Shown here: positions 19,493-29,963 of the stretch, one piece after another
Numbering within the stretch: position 1 is the first letter of the stretch
How the letters are laid out: each line of letters opens with the position of its first letter
Assembly (NCBI GenBank): GCA_963825055.1
Contig: CAWGSK010000015.1
Coordinates: 103,942-167,941, forward strand
Direction: 5' to 3'
DNA: 64,000 nucleotides
DNA from: an uncultured Gemmatimonadales bacterium
GTDB lineage: Bacteria; Gemmatimonadota; Gemmatimonadetes; Gemmatimonadales; GWC2-71-9
Position numbers and translations under genes: made by a program
Notes under the pieces: model-generated
Told to the model about the DNA's origin: nothing
Databases searched by the model: none
The model's input: the letters and a program-made list of their open reading frames with translations, nothing else

Positions 19493-20715
19493 ACGCCTTC
19501 GAGTCGATGCTGACGGGCCTGGACGAGGCCCGTCGCCACTGGGGCCAGACCACCCTGGCGCTCCTCGGCATCGTGCTCGGGACCTGCAGCATCGTCACGG
19601 TGCTGGCCCTCTTCGGCGGGCAGGCAGCGTTGACCCAGCAGTACCTCGACGAGGTCGGGGGGGCCGGTACCCTGATTCTCTCGAACCGGGATATGGCCCT
19701 TCAGCCCAGCGCGCGGGCGCTTGCCTCCGAGCGGCTGACCTACCGCGACGCGGAATTTCTCAAGGACCGGGCGACTGCCCTCGCCGCCGTCAGTCCCGGC
19801 TGGTCCTCCGAGCTCTTGTACTCGGCGGATGACAGGAGCTTCTCCGGCGACGTGATCGGGACCGTGCCGGACTACGCCGTTATCAATGACATCCGACCGC
19901 TCGTCGGCCGCTACCTGACGGACATGGACGTGGAGTACCGGGCGCGTGTGGTGGTGATGGGCTGGAAGTTTGCCGACTCCCTTTTCGGGAAGGCCCCGGC
20001 CGCGCTTGGCCGGATTGTCGCGCTGAATGGGACGCGATACACGGTGGTGGGGGTAATGGAACGGGAGGAGTTCAGGTTTGCCTCATGGGAAGGCAACGCG
20101 CTCGAATATCGCAATGAGCGGGCGTACATCCCGATCAGTACCGCCGTGGCAGGTCACACGGGCGATGACCGCCTGAGCTTCCTCACGCTCCAGGCGCGGC
20201 CGGATGTCTCCGTCCGGACGGCGGAGAACCAGGTGCGGAGCCTGCTCTATGCGCGGCACGGCGTGGAGGACTTCGACATCCGGCCGAGCGGAGCAGGGGC
20301 GGGGGAGAGCAGCGGGCAGTTCCTGCTGCTCTTCAATTTCATCTTCCTCGTCGTGGGCGTGGTGTCCCTGTTCACCGGCGGCATCGTGATCGCGAACATC
20401 CTGCTGGCCTCGGTCGTGGAGCGGGTGCGGGAGTTCGGCACGCGCATGGCGCTCGGCGCCACGACCGGCGGGATCTTCGCGCACGTCCTGTCCGAGGCGA
20501 TGGTGGTGACGGTGATGGGGGGCTTCCTGGGCCTTGGCCTCGGGGCTGCCCTGACAGGCCTGGTGGGACATCTCATGAAGATGCCTGCGGTCGTGAGCCC
20601 GTCGATCGCCATGCTCTCGGTTGGTACCTCGGTCGTCGTCGGCCTCGTGGCGGGCGCCTATCCGGCCGTCCGGGCCTCCCGTCTCTCCCCGGTGGAGGCC
20701 CTGCGATATGGCTGA
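19489..20715 (+). CDS. ABC permease, MacB/FtsX family
   Basis: N-terminal TM, periplasmic domain, SVVERVREFG.R.ALGA, YPA.RASRLSP.EAL. Confidence 0.92.
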   Translation: MNAFESMLTGLDEARRHWGQTTLALLGIVLGTCSIVTVLALFGGQAALTQQYLDEVGGAGTLILSNRDMALQPSARALASERLTYRDAEFLKDRATALAAVSPGWSSELLYSADDRSFSGDVIGTVPDYAVINDIRPLVGRYLTDMDVEYRARVVVMGWKFADSLFGKAPAALGRIVALNGTRYTVVGVMEREEFRFASWEGNALEYRNERAYIPISTAVAGHTGDDRLSFLTLQARPDVSVRTAENQVRSLLYARHGVEDFDIRPSGAGAGESSGQFLLLFNFIFLVVGVVSLFTGGIVIANILLASVVERVREFGTRMALGATTGGIFAHVLSEAMVVTVMGGFLGLGLGAALTGLVGHLMKMPAVVSPSIAMLSVGTSVVVGLVAGAYPAVRASRLSPVEALRYG

Positions 20716-21976
20716 CCTCCGGTCCGGCCTGACCGAGGCCTGGGAGCTCGTGACGGATGCCTTCCTCGAGATTCGCACGCACAAGCTCCGCTCGCTGCTG
20801 ACCCTGTCCGGGATCATCTTCGGAGCGGCTTCCCTGGTATCCATGACGTCCCTGGCCCGGGCCATGAAGGACATGGCCTACCGGGACCTCGAGTCGATTG
20901 CGTTCCCGAATTCCTTCACCGCATCGGACCGCGGACCACGGTCTGATGCGCGACGCGCCATCGACCTGCAGCACCCGGGCCTCCGCCTGGCCGATGCCGG
21001 GGCCCTGTGGGATATACCAGGCGTCGTCAGTGTGCATCCGCGTAACTACGGCGGGGAATACATCGTCTCCAGCCCCGCGGGACAGCGCAGCCTGCGGGTG
21101 GACGGGGTGGACGCGGGCTACATGGAGATGCGGAACTACCGGATTCTGGCTGGCCGGAGCCTGCGGGCGCTCGATGTCATGAACGCAGCGCCCGTCGCCG
21201 TGGTCGGGGAGGAGCTGGTCCATGACATGTTCGGGGCCGTGCCCCCCGTCGGTCGCACGATTACCATCGACGGCCGGCGGTTCTTCGTCGTCGGGGTGGT
21301 CGCGCCCCAGATCTTCGAGATGGCCCCGATCAACTTCAGCTTCGTGGGCCGCCGGATCTACGTCCCGTACAGCTACTTCTCCAGATACTATCAGGAGCAG
21401 GGACGGGTGGACGAGTTGCTGGTGACCGCTGCCGGGAGCTCCGACTTCGGCCTCGTGCTCCGACGGGGAGAAATACTGCTCCGGCAGCGACACCGTGGGG
21501 TCACGGACTTCGAGATCGACAATGAGGCAGCCGACCTGCTGAGCGACCTGGCGATGGCGGACAGCATCCTCGGGGGCTGGAACGGGGTCATGTTCGCCAT
21601 CGCGGGGATCACCCTCGTCGTGGGCGGGATCGGCCTGTTCAGCGTCCTGCTGATCTCGGTCCGCGAGCGGGTGCGGGAGATCGGCATCCGGAAGGCGCTG
21701 GGGGCGGACGATGGGGACATCCGGCGGCTCTTCCTCGCCGAATCCCTGACCCTGTCGGCCATGGGCGCGCTGGTGGGGGTTGCCGCCGGGGCTGGGCTCA
21801 TTCTCGTCACGGAGGCCATCGGACGGGCGTTCGGCAAGAACTTCGTTATCGACATCTACCTGCCGGGCGCGCTGATGGCCATCGGGTTTTCGATCGTGGT
21901 GGGACTGGTATTCGGCTGGTACCCGGCGCGAAGGGCCGCCAGGCTCGATCCGATCCAGGCGATCGGCGGGGCCTGA
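20708..21976 (+). CDS. ABC permease, MacB/FtsX family (second copy)
   Basis: HKLRSLLTLSGI, SVRERVREIGIRKALGA, YPARRAARLDPI. Confidence 0.92.
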   Translation: MADLRSGLTEAWELVTDAFLEIRTHKLRSLLTLSGIIFGAASLVSMTSLARAMKDMAYRDLESIAFPNSFTASDRGPRSDARRAIDLQHPGLRLADAGALWDIPGVVSVHPRNYGGEYIVSSPAGQRSLRVDGVDAGYMEMRNYRILAGRSLRALDVMNAAPVAVVGEELVHDMFGAVPPVGRTITIDGRRFFVVGVVAPQIFEMAPINFSFVGRRIYVPYSYFSRYYQEQGRVDELLVTAAGSSDFGLVLRRGEILLRQRHRGVTDFEIDNEAADLLSDLAMADSILGGWNGVMFAIAGITLVVGGIGLFSVLLISVRERVREIGIRKALGADDGDIRRLFLAESLTLSAMGALVGVAAGAGLILVTEAIGRAFGKNFVIDIYLPGALMAIGFSIVVGLVFGWYPARRAARLDPIQAIGGA

Positions 21977-22104
21977 GGACCGTCCGGCCGGCGGGCCAGG
22001 CGTGATACCAGTCACACATGCGGCGCGTCACAGACAGGGGAGGGCGGGGTCCGGAGATTGGTCATGATGATTCCATGTACCCGACCCCTGACTCCGAGGT
22101 GACC

Positions 22105-22869
22105 ATGCGCACTCTTCCGATGTTCGCCGCAGGACTTCTCTGCGGCACTGTTCTCCTCACCGCCGGCTGCGACAAGAGCGACAGCGGCACTGTCACCACC
22201 AGGACAGACCGCGGCAGCAATACGGCGATGAACGCCGGGATGGCCGAGGAACGCAACCTGGCCATGGTCCGGGTGGTGAACGCCATGCCGGGCCGTGCTG
22301 TCGATATCTACGCCAACGACTCGTCTGCCTTCAGCAACGTCGGCTTCCGCACCGTGACCGACTGGAAGCAGATGCCTGACAATACGTTCGATTTCAAGGT
22401 CGCCATGCCGGGTGGTTCCCCCGAGGCGGCCATGGGCGACAACCACGAGAAACTGGGCCAGGGCGAGCACTACACCATCATCGCCATGGCCGATGAAGGT
22501 GGTCCCGACCGCGCCAATCTCCGCGTGCTGCAGGATGACCTGCACCCCGTCGCGGCCGACAAGGCCCGGATACGGGTCATCCACGCCGTTGCCGGCGCGC
22601 CCGAGGTGGATGTTTTCATCAAGGGACAGAAGGACGCGATCTTCTCCGGCATCAATTTCCGGAACGAGGCGGGCTGGAAGGATGTTGACCCGGCCGGTGG
22701 GACTCTCGAGATCCGGCCGGAAGGCAAGGCCACGGTCCTGGCCAGCATTCCGGGCGTGAACCTGCAGGCCGGCCGGAGCTACACCTACGTGGTGACCGGC
22801 ACCCCGGCGAAAATGCAGGTGATCCCGTTCGTGGACGTGGTGGAAGCGACGCCTGATTCAGCGATGTGA
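22105..22869 (+). CDS. DUF4397-like lipoprotein
   Basis: Lipobox TAGC; two repeats of RVVNA.P...VD / RVIHA..GAP.VDV. Confidence 0.8.
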   Translation: MRTLPMFAAGLLCGTVLLTAGCDKSDSGTVTTRTDRGSNTAMNAGMAEERNLAMVRVVNAMPGRAVDIYANDSSAFSNVGFRTVTDWKQMPDNTFDFKVAMPGGSPEAAMGDNHEKLGQGEHYTIIAMADEGGPDRANLRVLQDDLHPVAADKARIRVIHAVAGAPEVDVFIKGQKDAIFSGINFRNEAGWKDVDPAGGTLEIRPEGKATVLASIPGVNLQAGRSYTYVVTGTPAKMQVIPFVDVVEATPDSAM

Positions 22870-22963
22870 GGGACAGTGAGCAGGGAGTAGGGAGTAGTGT
22901 GTGAAGGGTGGCACCGGTCTCCGAATGCCACCCCCAGCACTACCACCCCCTGCTCCCTGCTTC

Positions 22964-24589
22964 CTACCGCCCGCTCCCCACCCTCTTCTCCCCCGCTTCC
23001 TCGAACTCCGATCCCTTCTTCCACGTGGGTTGCCGCTCGGCGCCGGCAGTGGCAGCGGCCGCCCGGACGATCACGCGGAGCTGCTGGACTGCTCCGTCCA
23101 TGGTGAACCAGAGCAGGATCTCGTCCGCCGGCTGGTGATAGCGGTCGGCGGTGTACGCGTTGGACTGCTCCCGGCCCCAGCCCTTCGGCCGGCCCACGAA
23201 GGTCGTGCCGCTCTCCAGTGAGATTGCGGGGACGCCGGCCTTGGCGAAGGGGAAGTGGTCGGAACGGAAGAAGCTCCCCTGGAGCAGGGCATCCTCGTTG
23301 GTCACCACTTCGAGCCCCTCGGCTTTCGCCGCCACCCGGAACGCGTCGCCCAGGGTGCTCTGGTCCAGGCCAAGCGCCGAGATATCCGTGGTCCGGCCGT
23401 ACAGGTTCATCACGTCCATGTTGAACACGGCCGCAAGATTGCGAAGCGGCAGCGTGGGCTTGGCGGCAAACGCCTCGGAGCCCAGGAGCCCGGATTCCTC
23501 CGCGCCGAATGCCATGAACAGGATAGACCGCGGAAAGGATGCACCGCTCCGCACGAAAGCTTCGGCAGCGGTGAGTACCGCCGCTGTGCCGGAGGCGTTG
23601 TCCTCCGCGCCGTTGTAGATCGAGTCCCCGTTGACCGGTGCGCGCACCCCGAGGTGGTCATAGTGCCCGCCGAGCAGGACCGCCTGGTCTGCGAGCGGCC
23701 CGGAACCGGGAAGGCGACCCACCACGTTGACCGTGCGGGAGCGGACGACGTCGCTCCGGACGGTGGCATCGACCGATACCCCGAGCGGCATCGGCTTGAA
23801 TCCCCTGCGGCCTGCCCGGCGGGAAAGGGCGTCCAGGTCGCCACCGCCCTGCTTCACGAGGGAGCCCGCGACGTCGTGCGTCAGCCAGCCGGCGACGACG
23901 AGCGAGGTGGCCGGGGATTCCAGGCGGACCTGCGCCCCGGTCCAGGAGGATGCGACGGTGCTCCACGGATAAGTGGCGCTTTCGGTGGTATGGACCATGA
24001 GGATCCCCGCGGCGCCCTGCCGGGCGGCCTCCTCGATCTTGTAGGTCCAGCGGCCGTAATAGGTGAGGATCTTCCCCCGGAAGATGGTGCTGTCCCTGAG
24101 GCCGGGGTCGTTGACCAGTACCAGGACGACCTTGCCCTTCACGTCGACGCCGGCGTAGTCGTTCCAGCCGTATTCCGGTGCCACGATGCCGTACCCGGCG
24201 AAGACGACGGGCGCACTCACCCGCACCTGGGGCTCGTTCTGCATCGACCAGAGCACGTAGTCGCTCCGGTAGGCAAGGCTGTCGCCCCCGATGTGCATGG
24301 AGGGATGGGGGGTCAGCGAGATGACGGGAACGATGTGGTAGTAGCCACTGTCTCCCGCCGGCTCGAGGCCGAGTCGCTCGAACTGGGTGGCGATGTAGAG
24401 CGCGGCGAGCTCGCCGCCACGGGTGGCCGGCGCCCGTCCCTCCAGTGCATCGTCGGCGAGGAAGTCGAGATGTGCCTTGAGCACCTGGCCGCTCACGGCG
24501 TCTGCGACGGCCGGGCCGGGTGACTGGGCAGGAAGCGTAACGGGAATGAGGAACAGGGCGGACAGGGTGAGAAACCGTCTCAGTGACAT
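22964..24589 (-). CDS. M28 family metallopeptidase with PA domain
   Basis: GHYDHLG, GAEDNASG, AEESGLLGS, NMD, RSDHF, YHQPAD. Confidence 0.93.
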   Translation of the reverse strand: MSLRRFLTLSALFLIPVTLPAQSPGPAVADAVSGQVLKAHLDFLADDALEGRAPATRGGELAALYIATQFERLGLEPAGDSGYYHIVPVISLTPHPSMHIGGDSLAYRSDYVLWSMQNEPQVRVSAPVVFAGYGIVAPEYGWNDYAGVDVKGKVVLVLVNDPGLRDSTIFRGKILTYYGRWTYKIEEAARQGAAGILMVHTTESATYPWSTVASSWTGAQVRLESPATSLVVAGWLTHDVAGSLVKQGGGDLDALSRRAGRRGFKPMPLGVSVDATVRSDVVRSRTVNVVGRLPGSGPLADQAVLLGGHYDHLGVRAPVNGDSIYNGAEDNASGTAAVLTAAEAFVRSGASFPRSILFMAFGAEESGLLGSEAFAAKPTLPLRNLAAVFNMDVMNLYGRTTDISALGLDQSTLGDAFRVAAKAEGLEVVTNEDALLQGSFFRSDHFPFAKAGVPAISLESGTTFVGRPKGWGREQSNAYTADRYHQPADEILLWFTMDGAVQQLRVIVRAAAATAGAERQPTWKKGSEFEEAGEKRVGSGR

Positions 24590-24729
24590 CGGAACCGCGC
24601 CTCCGCGCTTGGGGTGTGCCGGAAAGATATCGCTGCCCTGTCTCCCCGCGGCCCCCGGAGGTGCCGGAGGGCCTCCCTGGCCTCCGAGATCGCGAAGGTG
24701 GGCACCATCGCAAATGTGATGGGCGACCG

Positions 24730-25431
24730 TCAGCCGTACGTGACGCCGGGATAGACCAGGTTCACGGCAAAGATGAAAATGGGTTGCCAGACCACGTCGA
24801 ACAGCTGCCACGCGACCAGGATTCCCAGCCAGCCGAGTGCGGGATTGCCCCAGAGGAACTGCTGGTAGCGCACCGTCTGGCTCTCGTTGAGGAACAGCGG
24901 TATCGCCCCGCTCCCGTCGAGCGGCGGGAGCGGCAGCAGGTTCAGGATCAGCAGGACCAGGTTCAGCGAGAACACCACGCTCAGGAAGAACGCAACGCCG
25001 GACCAGATTCCGCCGCCGGTGGCGACCGTGATACTGTCGAACCCGACTGAGTCCGGGTGCTGGAAGGCACCGCTTGCGGCGCCGATCCTGATGGACACGA
25101 CGGCGACGATGATGAGCAGCAGGTTGGCCGCGGGCCCGGCAAGCGCCATCCAGGCCGCCCGCTTCGGATGCCGCGCCGCCCAGCGAATGTCGAATGGTGC
25201 GCTGGCGTACCCGAAGGGCCAGCCGGAGACGGCCACCGTGAGCAGCGGCAGGATCAGCATGCCGAACGGCTCGCGCCGGATATGGGGAACCGGGCTCAGG
25301 GACACCTGGCCGCCGTGATAGGCGGTCAGGTCACCGCCCAGCATGGCCGCCCATGCGTGCCCCGCCTCGTGCAGGGTGGTGGACAGCAGGAATACCAGAT
25401 AGTACATGAGGGCGCTGGCGATGTCGGTCAC
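24730..25431 (-). CDS. Site-2 protease (M50) family membrane protease
   Basis: HEAGH, AGPAAN, NLLPLPPLDG. Confidence 0.93.
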   Translation of the reverse strand: MTDIASALMYYLVFLLSTTLHEAGHAWAAMLGGDLTAYHGGQVSLSPVPHIRREPFGMLILPLLTVAVSGWPFGYASAPFDIRWAARHPKRAAWMALAGPAANLLLIIVAVVSIRIGAASGAFQHPDSVGFDSITVATGGGIWSGVAFFLSVVFSLNLVLLILNLLPLPPLDGSGAIPLFLNESQTVRYQQFLWGNPALGWLGILVAWQLFDVVWQPIFIFAVNLVYPGVTYG

Positions 25432-25442
25432 GGAACCTCAGG

Positions 25443-25560
25443 GGGACAGGGCGGACAGGACGGACAGGGCGGACAGGCGGACAGTTTCCAGCCGACCGCC
25501 GACTGCCTGCTCCCGACTCAACCACTCAACCACTAACAACCCACGACCCACAACCGCCGA
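25443..25560. repeat. G-rich GGRCGGACA array followed by C-rich 7/8-mer arrays
   Basis: Same units as at 6751 and 12124. Confidence 0.85.
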
Positions 25561-26457
25561 TCACCGGCACTCTACGATAAGCACCGTCCCCCCTCCGCCC
25601 AGCAACCCCCGCTCGCTCGTCAGGACCAGGCGATGTTCGTCCAGCCATGCGATGCCCTCGCCCTGTTTTTCCGCTCCCCATACCCGGCATGGTGGCCGGG
25701 ACATGTCCGGCAGGAGCCGGTCGCCCTCCCAGGTGAGGAAGTAGAGCGTGGCATAGGTCCGGACCACAACATGCCGGCCATCGGGTGACATGGCTGCGTC
25801 GGTCACCAGTTCCCGCACTCCATCCGTGGGAGGAATGGGCAGGGTCTGGACCAGGGCTGCGGTGGCCGTGCCCTCCTGGCGCCATGCTTCGGGATCGAGC
25901 CGGTATACCCGCACGCCGCCTGACCTCCCCTTGGTGATGATCCAGGCCGCCGTATCCGGCGTCACGATAAGGGCCTCCGCGTCGTGCGCCCCGTCCGGAT
26001 ACCGGAAACCAAGCGCCCGCGTCCGTTTCACGGCCTCCTCCGAGGGGGCCGGCTCCGGGAGCCGGTAGATTACGACCGTTCCCCGCCTTTCCGCGTTGTC
26101 ACCCGTGTCTCCGATATACAGGCACGCGCCGCCCGGGCAGGGCCCTGGGGCCAGGGCCTCCCAGTCCACGTTGCGGGCGTCCACCGGGATGCGGCCAAGG
26201 GCGCGGCCCAGGGTATCGGTCGCGAAGAGGTCCGGCGCATTGCCGGAGTCATTGAGGGTCCAGAGAACGCCCGGGTAGGCACGGCTCACGACGACGGCGG
26301 AACTCTCCGTGATGTATGGGTCCGCGAAGCGACCCCGGAGCCAGGCGTGTTCCGGCGGCCTCGCCGGCCCGGAAGGCCACTGGGCCTGGAGCGGTGCGGC
26401 GAGGCCGGCATACAGGATGAGCGCGGGCAGCAGCCATACTTCGGTGGACATTCTCAT
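25561..26457 (-). CDS. Secreted beta-propeller-like protein
   Basis: Signal peptide; ESS, WTLNDSG, DWEAL, IGDTGDN, DAEAL, QGEGI motifs. Confidence 0.75.
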   Translation of the reverse strand: MRMSTEVWLLPALILYAGLAAPLQAQWPSGPARPPEHAWLRGRFADPYITESSAVVVSRAYPGVLWTLNDSGNAPDLFATDTLGRALGRIPVDARNVDWEALAPGPCPGGACLYIGDTGDNAERRGTVVIYRLPEPAPSEEAVKRTRALGFRYPDGAHDAEALIVTPDTAAWIITKGRSGGVRVYRLDPEAWRQEGTATAALVQTLPIPPTDGVRELVTDAAMSPDGRHVVVRTYATLYFLTWEGDRLLPDMSRPPCRVWGAEKQGEGIAWLDEHRLVLTSERGLLGGGGTVLIVECR

Positions 26458-26517
26458 CCTTGCTCGCCCTGTCGGGTCCGGGCATCTTTCCACAGCACCG
26501 AGCCTCCCGGGAGTTTC

Positions 26518-28545
26518 ATGGTAGACAGCCTCAAGAATCGCGCGACCCCCCGCCTTCCGGATCACGTGGAGTTTACCGGCCGCGTTCTCTTCCTGACAGA
26601 GGACCCGTCGCTCATCCGGCGCCAGCTCGCCGGTGAAGACCTCGAATGGACCGGACAGAAGCTGCGTGATGACATCTCGACCGACGAGATCACGCCGGCA
26701 TACATCTGCTACTACTACGATGAAACCCTCGGTGAATTCCCCTACCTTGGCCTGAAGGCAGGGGAGGAGTTTCCCATCACCCGAGGCTCCGTGAAGGGAG
26801 GAGGCTTCGTCGCGGCGGTCAGCGGCAAGCGCCGGGGCAAGGGCTCCAGCCGGGAGCAGTCACCCTATGCGGAGATGATGGCCGGGATTCGCCTGGTCAT
26901 CGCCGAGAACATCGAGCGCATCTACGGGGAGAACTGCCAGAACCTCGGCATCTTCACCAGCACTGACTTCGGGCTCATCGAGCGGATCCGTCGCGGGGAA
27001 TCCGTCCCCCTGGCCGAGTTCACGCGGGACCAGGGGGAAATCACCCGGGGCATCATCGAGTTCGGCGGGCTCTTCCAGTACAACGTCGCCCGGCTCCAGG
27101 GCACCGTCCGGGTGCCGCCGCCGGATACCCCCGCCCGCCCGATGACGCTTGCCGAGAAGATCATTGCACGCCACTGGGTCACCAGCCTGGCGGAGAATGC
27201 CGTCGGCATCGAGGCGGTCAAGCCGGGCGATGAGGGGTTTATCCGCACTGACATCCGGTTCAGCCATGAGTACGTCACGCCGATGGCCGCCATCTTCTGG
27301 CGTGACTACGTCGGCGAGCGGGAGCGCGTGGTGGACCCGGAGTCGATCTTCTTCTTCCGCGACCACCTGACCTTCCTCGAACTGGCGATGACGGATGAGC
27401 GGAAGGCCGAGGGCCTCCTTGACGTCGCGCTGGAACTCAAGAGGAAGCAGGAAGAGTTCGCCGAGGACCAGGGCATCCACCTCTACGGCGAACTCCCCCG
27501 GCTCGGCCGGAACATGCTGGCCCAGGGCTCCGAGGCCATCTGCCATTCCAAGATGCTGGAACAGCACGCCCTCCCGGGCCAGGTGATCATCGGCAGCGAC
27601 AGCCACACGCCCCACAGCGGCGCCATGGGGTGCCTGGCCTTCGGTGTGGGCACGACGGCGATCTTCAACTCCTGGCTCACGCGCGACGTGCGGATCAAGG
27701 TGCCGCCCTCGGTGCTCGTGCGCGTCAGCGGGACCAAGCCCGCGAACGTCACGGCGAAGGATTTCATGCTGCAGATCCTGCGGCAGCCCTACGTCAGGGA
27801 CGGGCAGGCGATCGGCAAGATCGTCGAATACGGCGGCGACGCCGTCCATGCCCTGTCCATCGACGAGCGGGCCACCATGACCAACATGGCCGCGGAGGTC
27901 GGGGCTTTCACCGGCCTCATCCAGCCGGATGAGACCAATGTCGCCTACCTCGTGAGCGAGCGCGGGATGGATGAAGCCGCCGCGCGAGCCCTGCTCGAGG
28001 GCATGGTGTCCGACCCCGATGCAGAGTACGAGGAGGTCATCGAGATCGACGCGGCGGAACTCCGCCCGATGATCGCGCTTCCCGGCGATCCCGGCAACGG
28101 CCTGTTCATCTCGGAGCTGGGCCGGCAGGTGAAGGTGGACATTGCCTACGCGGGGAGCTGCACGGCGGGCAAGAAGGAGGACATGGACATGTACGCCCGG
28201 GTGCTCCGCGAGGCGGCGGAGCAGGGTCGCCGGATTCATCCCGATGTGCGGTTCTACATCCAGTTCGGCAGCCAGGACGTCAAGCGCCACGCCGAGCGGT
28301 CAGGGTATGTGGAGATCTTCCAGGCGGTGGGTGCGGAAATCATCGAGCCGTCGTGCGGTGCCTGCATCAATGCAGGCCCGGGCGTGTCCTATGACCGGGA
28401 AACGGTCACGGTCAGCGCCATCAACCGGAACTTTCCCGGCCGTTCTGGCCCCGGCCAGCTCTACCTCGCCAGCCCATACACTACGGCAGCCTCGGCGCTG
28501 GCCGGCTTTATCACGGCGTGGGAGCCGGAGGGGGCGCTGGTCTGA
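26518..28545 (+). CDS. Aconitase/isopropylmalate dehydratase family protein, swivel (LeuD-like) domain fused N-terminal to LeuC-like domain
   Basis: DDISTDEITP and GKGSSRE first; then TLAEKI, GSDSHT, GSCT, PSCGACI, NRNFPGR (3 Fe-S Cys). Confidence 0.88.
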   Translation: MVDSLKNRATPRLPDHVEFTGRVLFLTEDPSLIRRQLAGEDLEWTGQKLRDDISTDEITPAYICYYYDETLGEFPYLGLKAGEEFPITRGSVKGGGFVAAVSGKRRGKGSSREQSPYAEMMAGIRLVIAENIERIYGENCQNLGIFTSTDFGLIERIRRGESVPLAEFTRDQGEITRGIIEFGGLFQYNVARLQGTVRVPPPDTPARPMTLAEKIIARHWVTSLAENAVGIEAVKPGDEGFIRTDIRFSHEYVTPMAAIFWRDYVGERERVVDPESIFFFRDHLTFLELAMTDERKAEGLLDVALELKRKQEEFAEDQGIHLYGELPRLGRNMLAQGSEAICHSKMLEQHALPGQVIIGSDSHTPHSGAMGCLAFGVGTTAIFNSWLTRDVRIKVPPSVLVRVSGTKPANVTAKDFMLQILRQPYVRDGQAIGKIVEYGGDAVHALSIDERATMTNMAAEVGAFTGLIQPDETNVAYLVSERGMDEAAARALLEGMVSDPDAEYEEVIEIDAAELRPMIALPGDPGNGLFISELGRQVKVDIAYAGSCTAGKKEDMDMYARVLREAAEQGRRIHPDVRFYIQFGSQDVKRHAERSGYVEIFQAVGAEIIEPSCGACINAGPGVSYDRETVTVSAINRNFPGRSGPGQLYLASPYTTAASALAGFITAWEPEGALV

Positions 28546-29905
28546 CGGAGCTGGGTCCGGGTTCCCGCACCCGCGTTGAGTCGTTGAGTTGCTGGGTCGT
28601 TGAGTCGCCACCAGTGCTGCGCTCGACCTGCGAGGGCCGACTGCCGACCCCTGACGGCCCGCTTTTCAGGCTGTCCCGCGTCACCGTATCCCGCTCCACC
28701 CTCGCCTGCAGCATTGCCGCCGCGGGCAACGTTCCATCCTTCGAACGGAAAATCGCCGGGTCGTAGCGTCCAGCGGCATTCCACAGCACCCACGAGTGGA
28801 TTCCCACGTCGCTCGCGGCGCGGATCTGTTCCCGGACATGCCAGGGCGTGTAGCGTGGCTTGCCCAGGGTGAAGGCCTGCAGATAGGGCCGGATCCGGGC
28901 CCGCGCGCTGTCCGTCTGCCGCGCGAGGCCGTCCTCGAGGGCGAGACGGACGACGCGATAAGGCTCGCTGTTGGGCCGGCCTATGCCGTGGAAGGTGTTG
29001 TAGTAGTGGCTCGGGTAGACCATTGGCAGGAGTACGTCGGCGGTCTGCGAAAGATCTTCCCACACCTGCCCGATGCCCAGGTCCGCCGTCGCGCTGGTCG
29101 TCATGCCGAACACGTCGAGGGTGAAGGGCACGCCCAGCGGCTTCACCCGGTCCCGCAGCAGCCGCAGGTTCCGCCGTACCCCGTCCCGAGTGGTTTCCCC
29201 CTCGCGGCGCCCTGGAAAGATGGCAGAGGCCATCCGGCTCCGCGGCTCGTCAGGAAAGCGCACGTAGTCGAACTGGAGCTCGGCGAAGCCCATCCGCACG
29301 GCTTCCGCGCCCAGGTCCGCCGCATAGACCCAGATCGAGTCGTTGAACGCGTCCACCCAGGCAAAGTTGAGCCGGTCCCGCCAGAGTCCGCCGGCCGTGC
29401 TCTGCACCGACCACTCGGGCTTCCGTGCCGCCAGCAGCGGGTCCTTCGCGACGACGATCCTCGCAATGGGGAAGATCCCCTTGCGGTGCAGGAGGTCGAG
29501 TCGCTCCCGTGTGTCACGCGCGCGACGCTCGCCGTTGGCCCCGATGGCGATGGCGGTCGGCACATCCGAGTGATAGGTCAGGTAGCCGGTGTCATCCTTC
29601 ACGTCGATGACGAACGCGTTGATCTCGGTCGTGTCCGCCAGGCGTACCAGGTCGTAGAACCGCTTCGACCCGAAGGTCCAGGCGTTCAGGTAGATCGCGC
29701 GGATTTCCGTCGGCGGCGTCCGGAGCGGTGGAACCGGCAGGGAAGGGATGGGTGCCTGCACAGAATCCGGCACCGGCCGGGCAATCCGGATCGGTTCGGG
29801 AAGCTCGTCCCCCCACCGGGCGCTGTCCTGCAGCGTCGGGTGCTGGGCGGAGGCGGTCTGAAGTGCGAGCGGAACCAGGACAGCGAGAACCAGGGGAATG
29901 CGCAT
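28511..29905 (-). CDS. Putative glycoside hydrolase (DUF4015-like), secreted
   Basis: RAIYLN, NAFVIDVKDD, IARIVV.KD, ELQFDYVRFP, PMVYPSHY. Confidence 0.85.
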   Translation of the reverse strand: MRIPLVLAVLVPLALQTASAQHPTLQDSARWGDELPEPIRIARPVPDSVQAPIPSLPVPPLRTPPTEIRAIYLNAWTFGSKRFYDLVRLADTTEINAFVIDVKDDTGYLTYHSDVPTAIAIGANGERRARDTRERLDLLHRKGIFPIARIVVAKDPLLAARKPEWSVQSTAGGLWRDRLNFAWVDAFNDSIWVYAADLGAEAVRMGFAELQFDYVRFPDEPRSRMASAIFPGRREGETTRDGVRRNLRLLRDRVKPLGVPFTLDVFGMTTSATADLGIGQVWEDLSQTADVLLPMVYPSHYYNTFHGIGRPNSEPYRVVRLALEDGLARQTDSARARIRPYLQAFTLGKPRYTPWHVREQIRAASDVGIHSWVLWNAAGRYDPAIFRSKDGTLPAAAMLQARVERDTVTRDSLKSGPSGVGSRPSQVERSTGGDSTTQQLNDSTRVREPGPSSVRPAPPPAPTP

Positions 29906-29963
29906 ATCACCAACTGGCCGCAAGCCCCATGCCGATGACCGACAGGGGCTCGCCGGCCTGGAT

